Assembly: GCF_006345805.1 (NCBI RefSeq)
Contig: NC_042997.1
Coordinates: 44,888,001-44,952,000 of the forward strand
Source of the DNA: Octopus sinensis
Taxonomy: Eukaryota
Reading direction: 5' to 3'
Length of the DNA stretch: 64,000 nucleotides
Made by a program: the position numbers and the translations under genes. The notes under the pieces are model-generated. The model did not search any database and was not told the origin of the DNA. It worked only from the letters and a program-made list of their open reading frames with translations. This document shows, piece by piece, positions 49,787 through 63,032 of this stretch (its first letter is position 1; every line of letters starts with the position of its first letter).

Positions 49787-51106
49787 TACACATAGATATA
49801 TATATATAATATATATATATATACTGTATGTGTATGTATGTATGTACGTTATATATATATAATTATATATAGTATATATATATATAATATATTACATATA
49901 TATATATATATTATATATGCATGTGGGTGTGTGTATAATATATCGATATAATGAGTGTGTATGTACAAATTTTGTCATTGTTTGTTTGAGTTATGCATAC
50001 ACTTATTTACTATTCACTTAATTCGGATTAAAAATTGTTATTTTTTTTTCTTTGTTTAATAGAAATTGTGGAATGGCAATCCTGCAAGCTGAGAAAATAT
50101 GTTGAGGCTCACCACAGTCACAAACCTTCCTATATCCCTTCTTGTCACCTGAAAATCAAAACATTTGTCACAAGTATGGAGAAGCCGTTCTTGGAAGTTG
50201 GAATAACATTTCATCTCTTTCTATATTTGTGTGGGTTTTTTGAAGTTTTAAGATTCTTTAAAAACACATTGGACTATTTATACAGATACGTGTGTGTGCA
50301 TGTACATATAGATACATATGAATTTATGTAAGTGAATATATGTGTGCGTATTTAGATAAATTTGCATGGAGCTGAGCCACACTGTTATTAAATACACACA
50401 ACACCTATTGAATGTGTTGAATATCATTTTTCACTTCCCAGTCACGCATACACACACACATATACACACACATACAACCATATGAATGTAAATCACTCAT
50501 GGTGGGATATGAACCCACAACCTCTGGATTAAAAGTCCAAAATGTTATCTTCTGAGCTACAGGGACATACAAGATACATATATATACACAAAACATAAAC
50601 ATGTACAAATTCTGGTGAATTAGAAAATAGTGGTGATTGAAATTTTATAAATAGAATTATAGACCTTCAATGTTTATTGACTACAGAAAATAGTCAAATT
50701 TTAGGGCACATAAACCCCTGTAATAGAAAATGGTAAAGAATGGGTGTTAAGGCCAATTTTTTTCCATTACAGGAGTTTAGATGCCCTGATACTATTTTTT
50801 ATAATTATATACTGCCTTTTAAGACCAACATGTTTGAATTGTAACTGTTGCAATAGCAGCCCTACTATAAAACGGTACAATCTTTTCAGGGCCTTAACTT
50901 GATATCCCTCAGTATGGCCGTTTAATGATTTCTTTTATAAATAAATTGTTTAAAATAGAGTTAAGTCAGATATGAACAATCTCTATTTCAAGGTCTTATT
51001 GGATAATCATTTTCAGTATAGAAAATATTCTTTGAGTTAAGATCATAGTTTTGATGTTTATACCCTTTTTTTTGAAGGAGTAAGTATTCTCTGATATATA
51101 TATATA

Positions 51107-51726
51107 TACGAGGGACGTTCAATAAGTAATGCCTCTGACCCACTTGCAGTTGTTTGATCTAGCTGAAATTTTGTATGTGCAATCATTTATATCTCTATAG
51201 AGTAAGTGGCAAATTACAGCTCTGAATTAATTGTGGTTTCTGATTTACAGGTGTTTGAACCGAGTCAAGTGTGAAATGGAGCCTGTTGAGTGTTGAGCAG
51301 TGATCCGGTTTTTGTATTTGAAAGGATGCACACCTCGGGAGACTTTTGATGAAATGAAAGTAACTTATGGTGATGATGGCCCATCATATGACCTTGTAAA
51401 ACCTGGCATCGTGAATTCAAACATGGTCGGAACTCTGTGGAAACAGCTCCCAGATCTGGTCCGCCCCCCTTCTGCCATTGATGGGGCATCTGTCCGTCAA
51501 GTTGAGCTCCATTTTGGAAGATCGACGCATAATTATTCGCCAAATAGCCCATGAGGTCAAGATTAGTACCCCGGGTCTGTGGAAACTATCATTCATGACC
51601 ATTTTCATATGCAAAAGGTGGCTGCCAGATGGATTCCCAGGTTGGCTCCCACCTTTCCAGAAGCAAGAACGCGTCGAGTGCTATGGGAAGTGGGTCAGGG
51701 GCATTACTTATTGAACGCCCCTCGTA
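51107..51726 (+). mobile_element. Internally deleted mariner element (N-terminal transposase remnant)
   Basis: TA-flanked TIRs tacgagggacgttcaataagtaatgcc / ggcattacttattgaacgcccctcgta (1 mismatch). Remnant 'IRFLYLKG..PRETFDEMKVTYGDDGPSY' and 'ARWIPRL' (WVPRL motif). Confidence 0.9.
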
Positions 51727-51967
51727 TATAGAAAGAGGGTTGTCTAAGAGTCAATAAGTCAGGGAAATGATGCACTTGTATATATCCAAAATGTGCAGTA
51801 TTATATGTATTCATCATAGCTGATCTTACCAATCGGTTTCACACAAGGAATACAATATAGTGTTAGGTAACAATCCAATTATACAACCTTATGCTCATCA
51901 GAGTTAGCTGATATGTAAGAGAGATATGGTGACTGCTCTCTTTGTCAGAGGTGAATTGCCACATCTG

Positions 51968-52067
51968 NNNNNNNNNNNNNNNNNNNNNNNNNNNNNNNNN
52001 NNNNNNNNNNNNNNNNNNNNNNNNNNNNNNNNNNNNNNNNNNNNNNNNNNNNNNNNNNNNNNNNNNN
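51968..52067. other. Assembly gap (100 N)
   Basis: Run of exactly 100 N, the usual placeholder for a gap of unknown size. Confidence 0.99.
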
Positions 52068-52168
52068 TCGTATCAATTGAGCAGAAAAAAAGAACAATCA
52101 CAACAAAAACAAACAAGCAAAGTTCCAAAAGATCTTAAGGTCTTTTTTTTTTTCCGTCTCCAACTTAC

Positions 52169-52293
52169 TTTCTGGGTCCCTAGGCTGGTATGCATGTGGT
52201 TCACGAGTCAACAATGGAACCTCTACATGGTAGTTTGATCTGCTATATTTGTACTCTGGTGCTCCATCTCCAGCATGGCCTTGGCCGTGATGG
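52169..52293 (-). other. Exon-like segment of unknown affiliation (125 nt)
   Basis: ttctttagtttgttttag|...GAAA|gtaagt. Unique, non-repetitive sequence with higher GC; one frame fully open (HHGQGHAGDGAPEYKYSRSNYHVEVPLLTREPHAYQPRDPE). Confidence 0.35.
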
Positions 52294-52449
52294 CTAAAAC
52301 AAACTAAAGAACTACCATCTTGAGAAATGAAGATCGCATTGGACAAGGTAAGTCCAAAGTGTACAAAAAGACGGAAGTTTACAGGCGGAACACTTTTGAA
52401 CAGAGATCTTTTCAAGCAGGGCAGAACTGTGGCTAACAACAACAACAGC

Positions 52450-52496
<47 letters not shown>

Positions 52497-53740
52497 AACT
52501 AATAAAAAACATCAGCAACAACAACTGTTACAATAGATAATTCATGCTCAAATTACATCCTACTCCCTTGAAAAAATACAAGAGACACATTGGATAGCGT
52601 AGTTACAAAGACACAAAAGCTGCAAGAATGAGGGGCCGCTCATGATTGGAATTCTTTAATTCCTAGATCTGCTCAGTCCGAGGAAGACTTGCAAGTGAAG
52701 ACACAAAAACAACAACAATGGTAGCAGCAAGAGCAATAACAGGGACGATGTAAGAGAAATAAACAGTAGTAGCAGCCATAGCAACATCTCACTTGACAAC
52801 AGCGGAAACTAAATAAATGCATAGTGCAGTATGTGTATTTTAGATCCCAGCTGAGAGTCAATCACCTGAGCAGTTTGAGACACATCACCATTGTTGTATT
52901 ATATCTGATATTGAGTCACTTACTGCTCAGTGGTTGAGTCTACCTAGCACTAAATAAGCACCATAAGTGATTATAATTCAGATGTAGTAGTAGTAGTGTA
53001 GAATATTTATTTCTTTACTACCCACAAGGGGCTAAACACAGAGGGGACAAACAAGGACAGACAAATGGATTAAGTCAGTTACATCGACCCCAGTGCATAA
53101 CTGGTACTTAATTTATCGACCCCAAAAGGATGAAAGGCAAAGTCGACCTCGGTGGAATTTGAACTCAAAACGTAATGGCAGACGAAATATGGCTACGCAT
53201 TTCGCCCGGCGTGCTAACGTTTCTGTTCTGTGCTAACTTGCTGTTCACAAGTTCAATTCACTGCATGGAAAGAAAAAAAAAAAAAAAAGCTACCTGTAAA
53301 CAGCTTGAGCTAATGAGGAATTAGGAGTTGATGGGGTAGCCTCTATATGGTGGTTTCAACAGCAGAGAATTTCTGACAGCTGACAGAATAGAATCTGTTT
53401 TCAGATTTCAAGTTGGTTTGACTCAAAGCCATTCTGTCACTTCAAAATGAACTACAATACACCACCACCATCACCATCACCACCACTACCAACAACAACC
53501 TATATATGGTCACATGATTAGTAACTAAATCTCTCTCAAGTCACATCCTATTTTAAAAAAGGATATATTGGATAATGTAATCCTAAAGAAAAGACAGCCT
53601 AATTAAAGCTGATATTCCTTTGATCAAATGTACTTCATTAGGAATAACCAGAGGCTATACAATACATGTTCACTGCAGTGGCTCAGATTCCTGTCTTGGA
53701 CAAAGTTTGGTCTTCATCTGCTTAAAGTTTTACAGAAGGC

Positions 53741-53970
53741 TTAACCCTTTCGTTACTGAATTTATTTTGAGATGCTCAGTGTTTCTTCCAATTATGTTAA
53801 ATATAACAAAGAATTAAGTAAAATAACATCGTTATCATTAAGCTAGAGTTAGGGACATAAATTGTGACTAAGGTTTGGTGGAAGGTTTTAATTCAGAACT
53901 TTTGAAAACCAGACATTTGTACTAAAGAGCCAGAGCCAGTTTCAGCCGGGTTGGTAACGAAAGGGGTTGA
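53741..53970. mobile_element. piggyBac-type MITE
   Basis: ttaaccctttcgttac ... gtaacgaaaggggttga. Confidence 0.72.
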
Positions 53971-54002
53971 ATACTGTCTCTGCAGACCCATATGGTCTGA
54001 AA

Positions 54003-54385
54003 GGAGGCGCAATGGCCCAGTGGTTAGGGCAGCGGACTCGCGGTCATAGGATCGCGGTTTCGATTCCCAGACCAGGCGTTGTGAGTGTTTATTGAGCGAA
54101 AACACCTAAAAGCTCCACGAGGCTCCAGCAGGGGATGGTGGTGATCCCTGCTGTACTCCTTCATCACAACTTTCTCTCACTCTTACTTCCTGTTTCTGTT
54201 GTACCTGTATTTCAAAGGGCCGGCCTTGTCACTCTCTGTGTCATGCTGAATATCCCCGAGAACTGCGTTAAGGGTGCACGTGTCTGTGGAGTGCTCAACC
54301 ACTTACACGTTAATTTCACGAGCAGGCTGTTCCATTGAGTCGGATCAACCGGAACCCTCGTCGTCGGAACCGACGGAGTGCTTCC
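54003..54385 (+). mobile_element. tRNA-derived SINE family C
   Basis: Head ggaggcgcaatggcccagtggttagggcagcggactcgcgg...ggtttcgattccc (A and B boxes) followed by a non-tRNA body; copies at 45326-45711 (-), 62015-62394 (+), ~63030-63346 (-). Confidence 0.85.
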
Positions 54386-57300
54386 ATCCATGGTCTGAAA
54401 AATATTAGCTAATGACATATCTCTTCATGTCAGTTATAGACAGTTCTGTTATCTTATTTCCATCAAGTTCTGTATTCTTACCGGCATGTTACATCTCTGG
54501 AATTAAGCTAATTTAGTGGACTTCAGTCAGTAGGAGTGCCTGTGTGGTAAGTAGCTAGCTAACCAGCCACATGGTTCCGGGTTCAGTCCCACTGCGTGGC
54601 ATCTGGGGCAAGTGTTTCTGCTATAGCCCCGGGCCGACCAATGCCTTGTGAGTAGATTTGGTAGACGGAAACTGAAAGAAGCCTGTCGTATATATGTATA
54701 TGTATATATATGTGTGTGTGTGGGGGGGAGTTTGCGTGTCTGTATTTGTCCCTCTAGCATTGCTTGACAACCGATGCTGGTGTGTTTACGTCCCTGTCAC
54801 TTAGTGGTTCAGCAAAAGAGACCGATAGAATAAGTACTGGGCTTACAAAGAATAAGTCCCGTGGTCGATTTGATCGACTAAAGGCGGTGCTCCAGCATGG
54901 CTGCAGTCAAATGACTGAAACAAGTAAAAGAGTAAAAGAGTAAAGAGAGTTTGCTATGTTAGCCATCTGACCATGTACAGCTGTTAAGTAAGCACATGGC
55001 TAAAATGTATAAATGATGACATTTTCACAGAAGAGTACTTTGTTTGAAATACCATTATTATCAATGCTGTTTAATGAGTGCTTTCTGAATTTTGTGTTTG
55101 AAATATGAGGACAGTGTACCAATGATATATTACACAAGAAATTTCAATAGCAGTGCAGACGCTAAATATTCAAAGTGTCAAATTAATAACATTTTTGTTT
55201 TTAAGTTCAAGCACTTTTACTCGCATTGTAATACAGTGGGTTCTCTGCAAGTAAAAAACCTTGAAATAACATTTTAACCACATCCCATACCTCCCACATG
55301 TCCTTTATCAGTGATATTTTAAGGAAAAAAAAACAACAAACATGATTAAAAACTAATGAACGTAAAAATAAATAAATAAATAAAAAGGAAGGAAATCAGA
55401 GTAGTTTATAATGAAAATTTACAAGTTATTGTAAATAATGTTGGCTAAGAATCGTCTGGATTCACAGTCATTTGTAACTGACTGACCTAAACAGCACAAA
55501 TAATTAAGGTGATCTACAAAACATATTTGAAGTGACTAAAATTAGAGGGTAAACGAAGCAATGTATGAAGCGAAATAAAACAAGTTTATTTAAGCACTCT
55601 GGCTGGGAAACGACAGGTTTAATTAATCCCATGAGTAATAGAAAAAATTTCATAAAATGTACCCCTCAAATCATTCCACAAACTGGTATAATGACAGACA
55701 TAAACACTGGAGTTATCCTTCGAAATAGCTTCAAGAAATGCACTGCAAACCAATTGGGTTGTTGGGACATTGCTGAAAACATATCCTCTTAAATATACTG
55801 AAGAGACGAGACACTAGAATAACTTCTATTTAGCTCCTAAAACCGAACAGAATGCTGTGATTTCCAGTGCAATACTGTGAAGGCACGTGGCTGTGTGGTT
55901 AAGGTGTTATACTCTTGACTGTAAGGTCATGGGTTCTATCAACAGACAATGTGGCACGTCGTATCTTTGAGTAATGGACTTATTTCACATTGTTCCAGTC
56001 TATTCAGCTGAAAATGAGACAAACTGGCATGCCATAGATTTGAACTCTCAGTTGCTTACATGTTTCATCATCATCATCATCATCATCGTTTAGCGTCCGC
56101 TTTCCATGCTGGCATGGGTTGGACGGTTCAACTGGGGTCTGGGAAGCCAAGAGGCTGCACCAGGCCCAGTCTGATCTGGCAATGTTTCTACGGCTGGATG
56201 CCCTTCCTAACGCCAACCACTCCATAAGTGTAGTGGGTGCTTTTTGCGTGCCACCTGCACAGGTGCCAGGCGAGGCTGGCAAACGGCCATGATCGGATGG
56301 TGCTTTTTATGTGCCACCGGCACGGGGGCCAGGCGAAGCTGGCAAACGGCCACGATCGGATGGTGCTTTTTATGTGCCACCGGCACGGGGGGCCAGGCGA
56401 GGCTGGCAACGGCCATGAACGGATGGTGCTTTTTATGTGCCACCGGCACCGAGGCGAGGCGAGGCTGGAATAAGCTTCAGCCTAAGTAGAATGTATACTC
56501 AAGGCACACCATAACTTAACCTAATGAAACACTCATGGTATATATATATATCTTTATCTTTCTCCTGGTTTCAGTCATTAAACTGCAGCCTTTCTCTCTC
56601 TCTCTCTCTGTGTTGCAGAGAGTTCCTGTATCTAAAACATCTTTGCAATACATTGATTTACTTTTATTTATCTATAATTTATTCATTTTTTTTTAATCTT
56701 TTAGAATGAAAAGAGGGCCAGGAATTAACTCCATTTCGTATTCAGATTTATAAGAAACTAGCATTAAAGACCTGTCGTTGCCGGGTCATAGTGCTAGTGT
56801 ATATATATGTGTATATATTACATATACATCTATATATATATGTCTACACATAAAATACAAAATAGAAAGTTATATCTTGATATCACTAGTGATAACAAAA
56901 CTCAAAATATATAACAGACTGGAATTGTTAGCCCGTCTCTTGTAATTTCGATCAATTGTATCTTGTCCTCCCTCTTGTATAGAAGTGTGGCTACAATCCA
57001 GCCTACCTCTACATCGGGGGGGGGGGCATTTTATGATATTGCTATGGGCTCACTCTAGGCAAGAAGTTGAACATTTTTTGCCCATGAAACTACATGGACC
57101 CTAAGTAAGGCATGTGTAAAATTTGAATGAAATTGGTTGTGTAGTTCTCAAGTTTTAGGGAAACACACAGACAGACAGACATACAGACAGACACATATTC
57201 TCAGTTTTACATATATAAAGATAATGGTATTTTACAACTAAATGCTTCCCATATTGATGCACTCATGCATGCGTGGCCTAAAGAGTTCTAATTGATATAG

Positions 57301-57532
57301 GTAAGTCATTAGATCTAGCTGTTCTTTTGATCCATTGGTTTTTGGTTCCATTGTAAGTTCCAGGCATTGATATTCAAGATTTGATGGAACATCTGTATTT
57401 TTTACCATCTAAATAATCAAAGAACGTATGTGTGGATGGACAGACATATGGATGTTTGTTTGTGTATGTGTGAGTAATATGTATGTTTTTATGTATAATG
57501 TATACATACATGTATACGTGTGTGTATGTGTG

Positions 57533-57577
<45 letters not shown>

Positions 57578-59469
57578 CCTGTCGTATATATATATATATA
57601 TATGTGTGTATGTGTTTGTGTGTCTGTGTTTGTCCCCCTAGTATTGCTTGACAACAGATGCTGGTGTGTTTACGTCCCCGTCACTTAGCAGTTTGGCAAA
57701 AGAGCCCGATAGAATAAGTACTGGGCTTACAAAGAATAAATCCCGGGGTCGATTTGCTCGACTAAAAGGCGGAGCTCCAGCATGGCCACAGTCAAATGAC
57801 TGAAACAAGTAAAAGAGTATATATATATACACACATACATGTATATATATATGAGTGTGTGTAAATATTACGGTGGTACGTAAAAAGCACCATCCGTTCG
57901 TGGCCGTTTGCCAGCTCTGTCTGGCACCTGTGCGGGTGGCACGTAAAAAGCACCCACTACACTCACGAAGTGGTTGGCGTTAGGAAAGGCATCCAGCCGT
58001 AGAAACACTGCCAGATCTGACTGGGCCTGATGAAGCCTTCCAGCTTCACAGACCCCAGTTGAACCGTCCAACCCATGCTAGCATGGAAAACAGACGCTAA
58101 ACGATGATGATGATGATGATGATGATGACACATATATGTAAAAGCACGAAGTAATCACTGGTACCCATCTTCTCAAAAATTCAACAAGAGGAAATACTAC
58201 AGGAATTGATTTTATGTCATAATGAAGCCAGATTTCTACAACCATTCACAGCGCAATGTCACTGGAGTGCAAAAAAAAAAAGAACCAATTCAAAAAAGAC
58301 AAGTATTTCACCTGACTAATGGCAATCCCACCCCATATGCACAATAGAGAGGAAATACATTCATCAAATTTTAGATATTATTATGTATGGATATACATAT
58401 ACTCTTTACTCTTTTATTTGTTTCAGTCATTTGACTGTGGCCATGCTGGAGCACCACCTTTAGTCGAGCAGATCGACCCCAGGACTTATTCTTTGTAAGC
58501 CTAGTACTTATTCTATTGGTCTCTTTTGCCGAACCGCTAAGTTACAGGGACCTAAACACACCACCATCGGTTGTCAAGCGATGTTGGGGAGAGACAAACA
58601 CAGACACACAAACATATACACACACATACATACACATATATATACACATACATACATACATATACGACGGGCTTCTTTCAGTTTCCATCTCCCAAATCCA
58701 CTCACAAGGCTTTGGTCTGCCCAAGGCTATAGTAGAAGACACTTGCCGAAGGTGCCACGCAGTAGGACTGAAACGGAACCATGTGGTTTGTTAGCAAGCT
58801 ACTTACCACACAGCCACTCCTACGCCTATATATATATATATATATATGTATTATAGACACACTCACATTTATTTTATTACACATAATTTTATTACCTTCC
58901 ATTTAATGCTTTTTGATTTGACTTGCAATTGCCAAGTTTTGTCAGTTTGCATTCAATTTGTTTTATCTTAGCAACTTGGACATGAAGAGTAGAGGGATCA
59001 ATGTATAAATAGTTTTCCTTTTGTAGATGTTTACTTAAGGTTACCCTCAACAAAAGAATTCTGTCTGTCAACATTCTTTTTTACAGTGTAGCAGTAGCAG
59101 TTTCATCCATTTTGGAATGTGGCTGTAGCAGTCTCTGGTATCCTCATTGTTTGAGAGAAATAATAAGAATGATCTCGTTTGAGATTACAAACATCTTTGG
59201 CCAACTTGTTCCTGTTGTAACCACTAACCTGATTGGTTGACACGTGCCGCGATTTGTCTCTACTTATTTCGCGCCACTGTCCCAGGCCAGCCAATCATGG
59301 CCTTTGGTTAAGATCCCATTTCTGAGGCTCGTAATGTCTCAGTCTACTACTATGTATCAACTTGTTTGTGAATATATGAATATATATCATCATCATTATC
59401 TAACGTCCAGTTTCCATGCATGCATATAGTGTGTGTGTGTGTGTGTGTGTTTGTAATGGGGATGCATAA

Positions 59470-59790
59470 TGTAAGTGTATATGTTCAACAGAATGCTAAT
59501 GTTCTGAGAGAGAAGTTAGGCATAAGAGGAATTAGTTGCTATGTGCAAGAGAGATGACTGTGTTGGTTTGGTCATGTGAAGCAGATGGATGCTGACAGTG
59601 CTGTAAAAATGTGCTGATCTCTCAAAGTGGGAGACCCAGGAAGACATGGGATGAAGTACTGAAGAACGACCTCAAGATAGCTGAATCTTTCAGGTGAGAA
59701 GACAATGGACTGAGATGCCTAGTGCCTTACCATACTCAAGAAGACCTGTACTCTGTAGCAGAAGTGATAAGATTGATCCTTCATGGTGTA
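59470..59790 (+). mobile_element. RTE-like LINE 3' end
   Basis: 'LREKLGIRGISCYVQER*LCWFGHVKQMD...GRPRKTWDEVLKNDL'. Confidence 0.65.
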
Positions 59791-60798
59791 AAGCCCTCAT
59801 GCCAGTCCCACATAAAAGCACCTGTGCTGTGACATGTAAAAGTGCCAATGTGGTGCCATGCAAAAGTGCCCATGCAGTGCCATGTATATGTGCCCCTGCA
59901 GTGACATGTAAAAGCACCTGTGCCATGACACATAAAAGTGCCTCTGCAGTACCAGGTAAAAGTGCCTCTCTTTCTTTCTTTTTCTTTTACTTGTTTCAGT
60001 CATTTGACTGCGGCCATGCTGGAGCACCGCCTTTAGTCGAGCAAATCGACCCCGGGACTTATTCTTTGTAAGCCCAGTACTTATTCTATCGGTCTCTTTT
60101 TGCCGACCGCTAAGTGACGGGGACGTAAAGACACCTAGCAATGCTAGGGGGACAAACACACACATACATATATATATATATACATATATACGACAGGCTT
60201 CTTTCAGTTTCCGTCTACCAAATCCACTCACAAGGCATTGGTCTGCCTGGGGCTATAGTAGAAAATGATTGCCCAAGATGCCACGCAGTGGGACTGAACC
60301 TGGAACCATGTGGTTGGTTAGCAAGCTACTTACCACACAGCCACTCCTGCGCCTGTGTGGTGTCATGTAAAAATTCACCTGTGCAGTGTCACCCACCCGG
60401 CATACTCTGTTAAGTGGTTGGTGTTCGGAAGGATATCCGGCTGTAGAGAACATGCTAAATCAAACTGGAGTCTAGTGTAGTGCCCCCACCCCCCACCCAG
60501 CTTGCCAGCTCTGGTCAAACCATCTGACCCATACTGACATGAACAACAGATATTAAATTAATGATGACGATGATAATATATATTCTTTTACTTGTTTTAG
60601 TCATTTGACTGCGGCCATGCTGGAGCACCACCTTTAGTCAAGCAAATCGACCCCGGGACTTATTCTTTGTAAGCCCAGTACTTATTCTATCGGTCTCTTT
60701 TTGCCGAACCGTTAAGTGACAGGGACGTAAACACACCAGCATCGGTTGTCGAGCAATGCTAGGGGGACAAACACACATACACAAACACACACACACAT

Positions 60799-60841
<43 letters not shown>

Positions 60842-62420
60842 TACGACAGGCTTCTTTCAGTTTCCGTCTACCAAATCCACTCACAAAGCATTGGTCGGCC
60901 TGGGGCTATAGCAGAAGACACTTGCCCAAGATGCCACGCAGTGGGACTGAACCCGGAACCATGTGGTTGGTTAGCAAGCTACTTACCACACAGCCACTCC
61001 TGCGCCTTTTATTTATTTCTATTTACTATTTTGAAGAAGGCAGGAGTGTTCAACAGCCAAAACAGTGAAAGTAACAATCAAGACGAGGACACCAGCAAAT
61101 GAAATGCTATAAACAGTATACATAGAATAAATTCCTAATCTCAGCAAAATAGAATTGTATTAAGAAAAGGTGTTATTCAAAGTGAGTTGAATACAAATGT
61201 GAAGAAGGTATTTTTAAAGAACTCAATTTGAGATTTAGAGATTATAAATGTATAAGGTCACACTCACAAAGTTTTTTATATTCCTGTAGATGTAAAGTTG
61301 TGTGCGTGTGTGTGTGCACGTATGCATGTGGGGGTGTATATGAATTTTTCATGTACACTGAAATTTAAACTACTGATTGCCTTCAAAAACCTGTATATAT
61401 ATATATTGTCCAATAAATACTTGTTTCTGTGTACATGCAATAATTCAGTTCTTTGTCCATATATATACACACACATTTATATATAAAATTAGTGTACATT
61501 TGAACACAAAAGAGGCGGCCCTTAACAGGCAGCCTTACATGCTGGTAAGAGCAGTCAAAACGACCAAAACCACATTTAAGAGAAATTTTGAAGGGAATGA
61601 AAAATAAAAAAAACTTTTACCTTGTTTTTTACAGCCATACCTAATTAGCAAATAAAATAATTTGCTAGGTGGAGTTCTCATCAGTGGCTATGCCAAAACA
61701 TTAACATATAATTTAGAAACAGAATAACATGTGTCTCATCATTTTTCAAATTCACTGTGCAAGCATGGTTTCATTCGGCAGCAAATGAAAAATTGCCAAA
61801 TTAATCTTCCAGAATTGCTAAAATCATGTATATATATTATATATCATGTTTTATATATATCTTCACTGTATATATCATTATAGAAAAAAGTTGCCTATTT
61901 TCATACTTCTTTAAAACTTGCTAGAGTTGTTTGGTTGTTACTTTATGTATGCATGTATGTGTGCATATACATATATACATGTGTGTGTGTGTGTATATAT
62001 ACACACAAACATGTGGAGGCGCAATGGCCCAGTGTTAGGGCAGCGGACTCGCGGTCGGAGGATCGCGGTTTCGATTCCCAGACCGGGCATTGTGAGTGTT
62101 TATTGAGCGAAAACACCTAAAGCTCCACGAGGCTCCGGCAGGGGCGGGGTGGTGAACCCTGCTGTACTCTTTCACCACAACTTTCTCTCGCTCTTTCTTC
62201 CTATTTCTCTTGTACCTGTATTTCAAAGGGCCAGCCTTGTCACACTCTGTGTCACGCTGAATCTCCTCGAGAACTACGTTAAGGGTACACGTGTCTGTGG
62301 AGTGCTCAGCCACTTGCACGTTAATATCACGAGCAGGCTGTTCCGTTGATCGTATCAGCTGGGACCCTCATCGTCGCAACCGATGGAGTGCTCCTACACA
62401 CAAACATGTGTGTGTGCATG

Positions 62421-62461
<41 letters not shown>

Positions 62462-62596
62462 ATGTGTGTGTATGAGATATATGTGTATATATTCTTTCTT
62501 CAACATGAGAACATTCTTATTAAGAATGACCTGTTGCTAAATGACAGCTTAAAAAAGCGGAAAAAATATTTTATGAACTACAGCTTCAAGATGTTC

Positions 62597-62826
62597 TTAA
62601 CCCTTTCGTTACCAACCTGGCTGAAACATGCTCTGGCTCTGTAGTACAGATGTCTTGTTTTCACAAGTTTTGAATTAAAATCTTCCACCAAACCTTAGTC
62701 ACAATTTATGTTCCTAATACACTAGCTTAATGATATCTAAGTTATTTTACTTAATTCTTTGTTATATTCAAATAATTGAAAGAAACACAAATCATTTCAA
62801 AATAAATATGGTACCGAAAGGGTTCA
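62597..62826. mobile_element. piggyBac-type MITE
   Basis: ttaaccctttcgttacc ... ggtaccgaaagggttca. Confidence 0.72.
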
Positions 62827-62998
62827 ATATATTCCACAGCTGCCACAGAAAACATTTTACTTGTGGAGATATGTAGGAGTTTAATAATGGTGTTTACACT
62901 ACATAATGGTCTGTTTACATAAACTTGGCCTCCTCACTTATGGAACACTCACTGTCTACCACTTCATCCCATCCTCTCTCTCTCTCTCTGTATATATC

Positions 62999-63032
<34 letters not shown>

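Noticed and set aside
53238-53260. 23-nt exon after a strong poly-T acceptor
   Set aside because: Stops in all three frames; the tract is a simple poly-A run.
54003-54075. tRNA gene
   Set aside because: tRNA-like A/B boxes run into a SINE body repeated four or more times in the window; no proper acceptor stem/cloverleaf.
57250-57408. Two overlapping open frames on the minus strand (DGKNTDVPS.../MVKIQMF...)
   Set aside because: Short, no homology recognised, no donor; expected by chance at this scale.
61027-61106. Hydrophobic minus-strand frame ISFAGVLVLIVTFTVLAV as an alternative TM exon
   Set aside because: Phase 2 entry is incompatible with the phase-1 host intron; weak donor.
61539-61541. 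3-nt micro-exon CAT (ttaccag|CAT|gtaagg)
   Set aside because: Formally possible, but indistinguishable from chance without reads.
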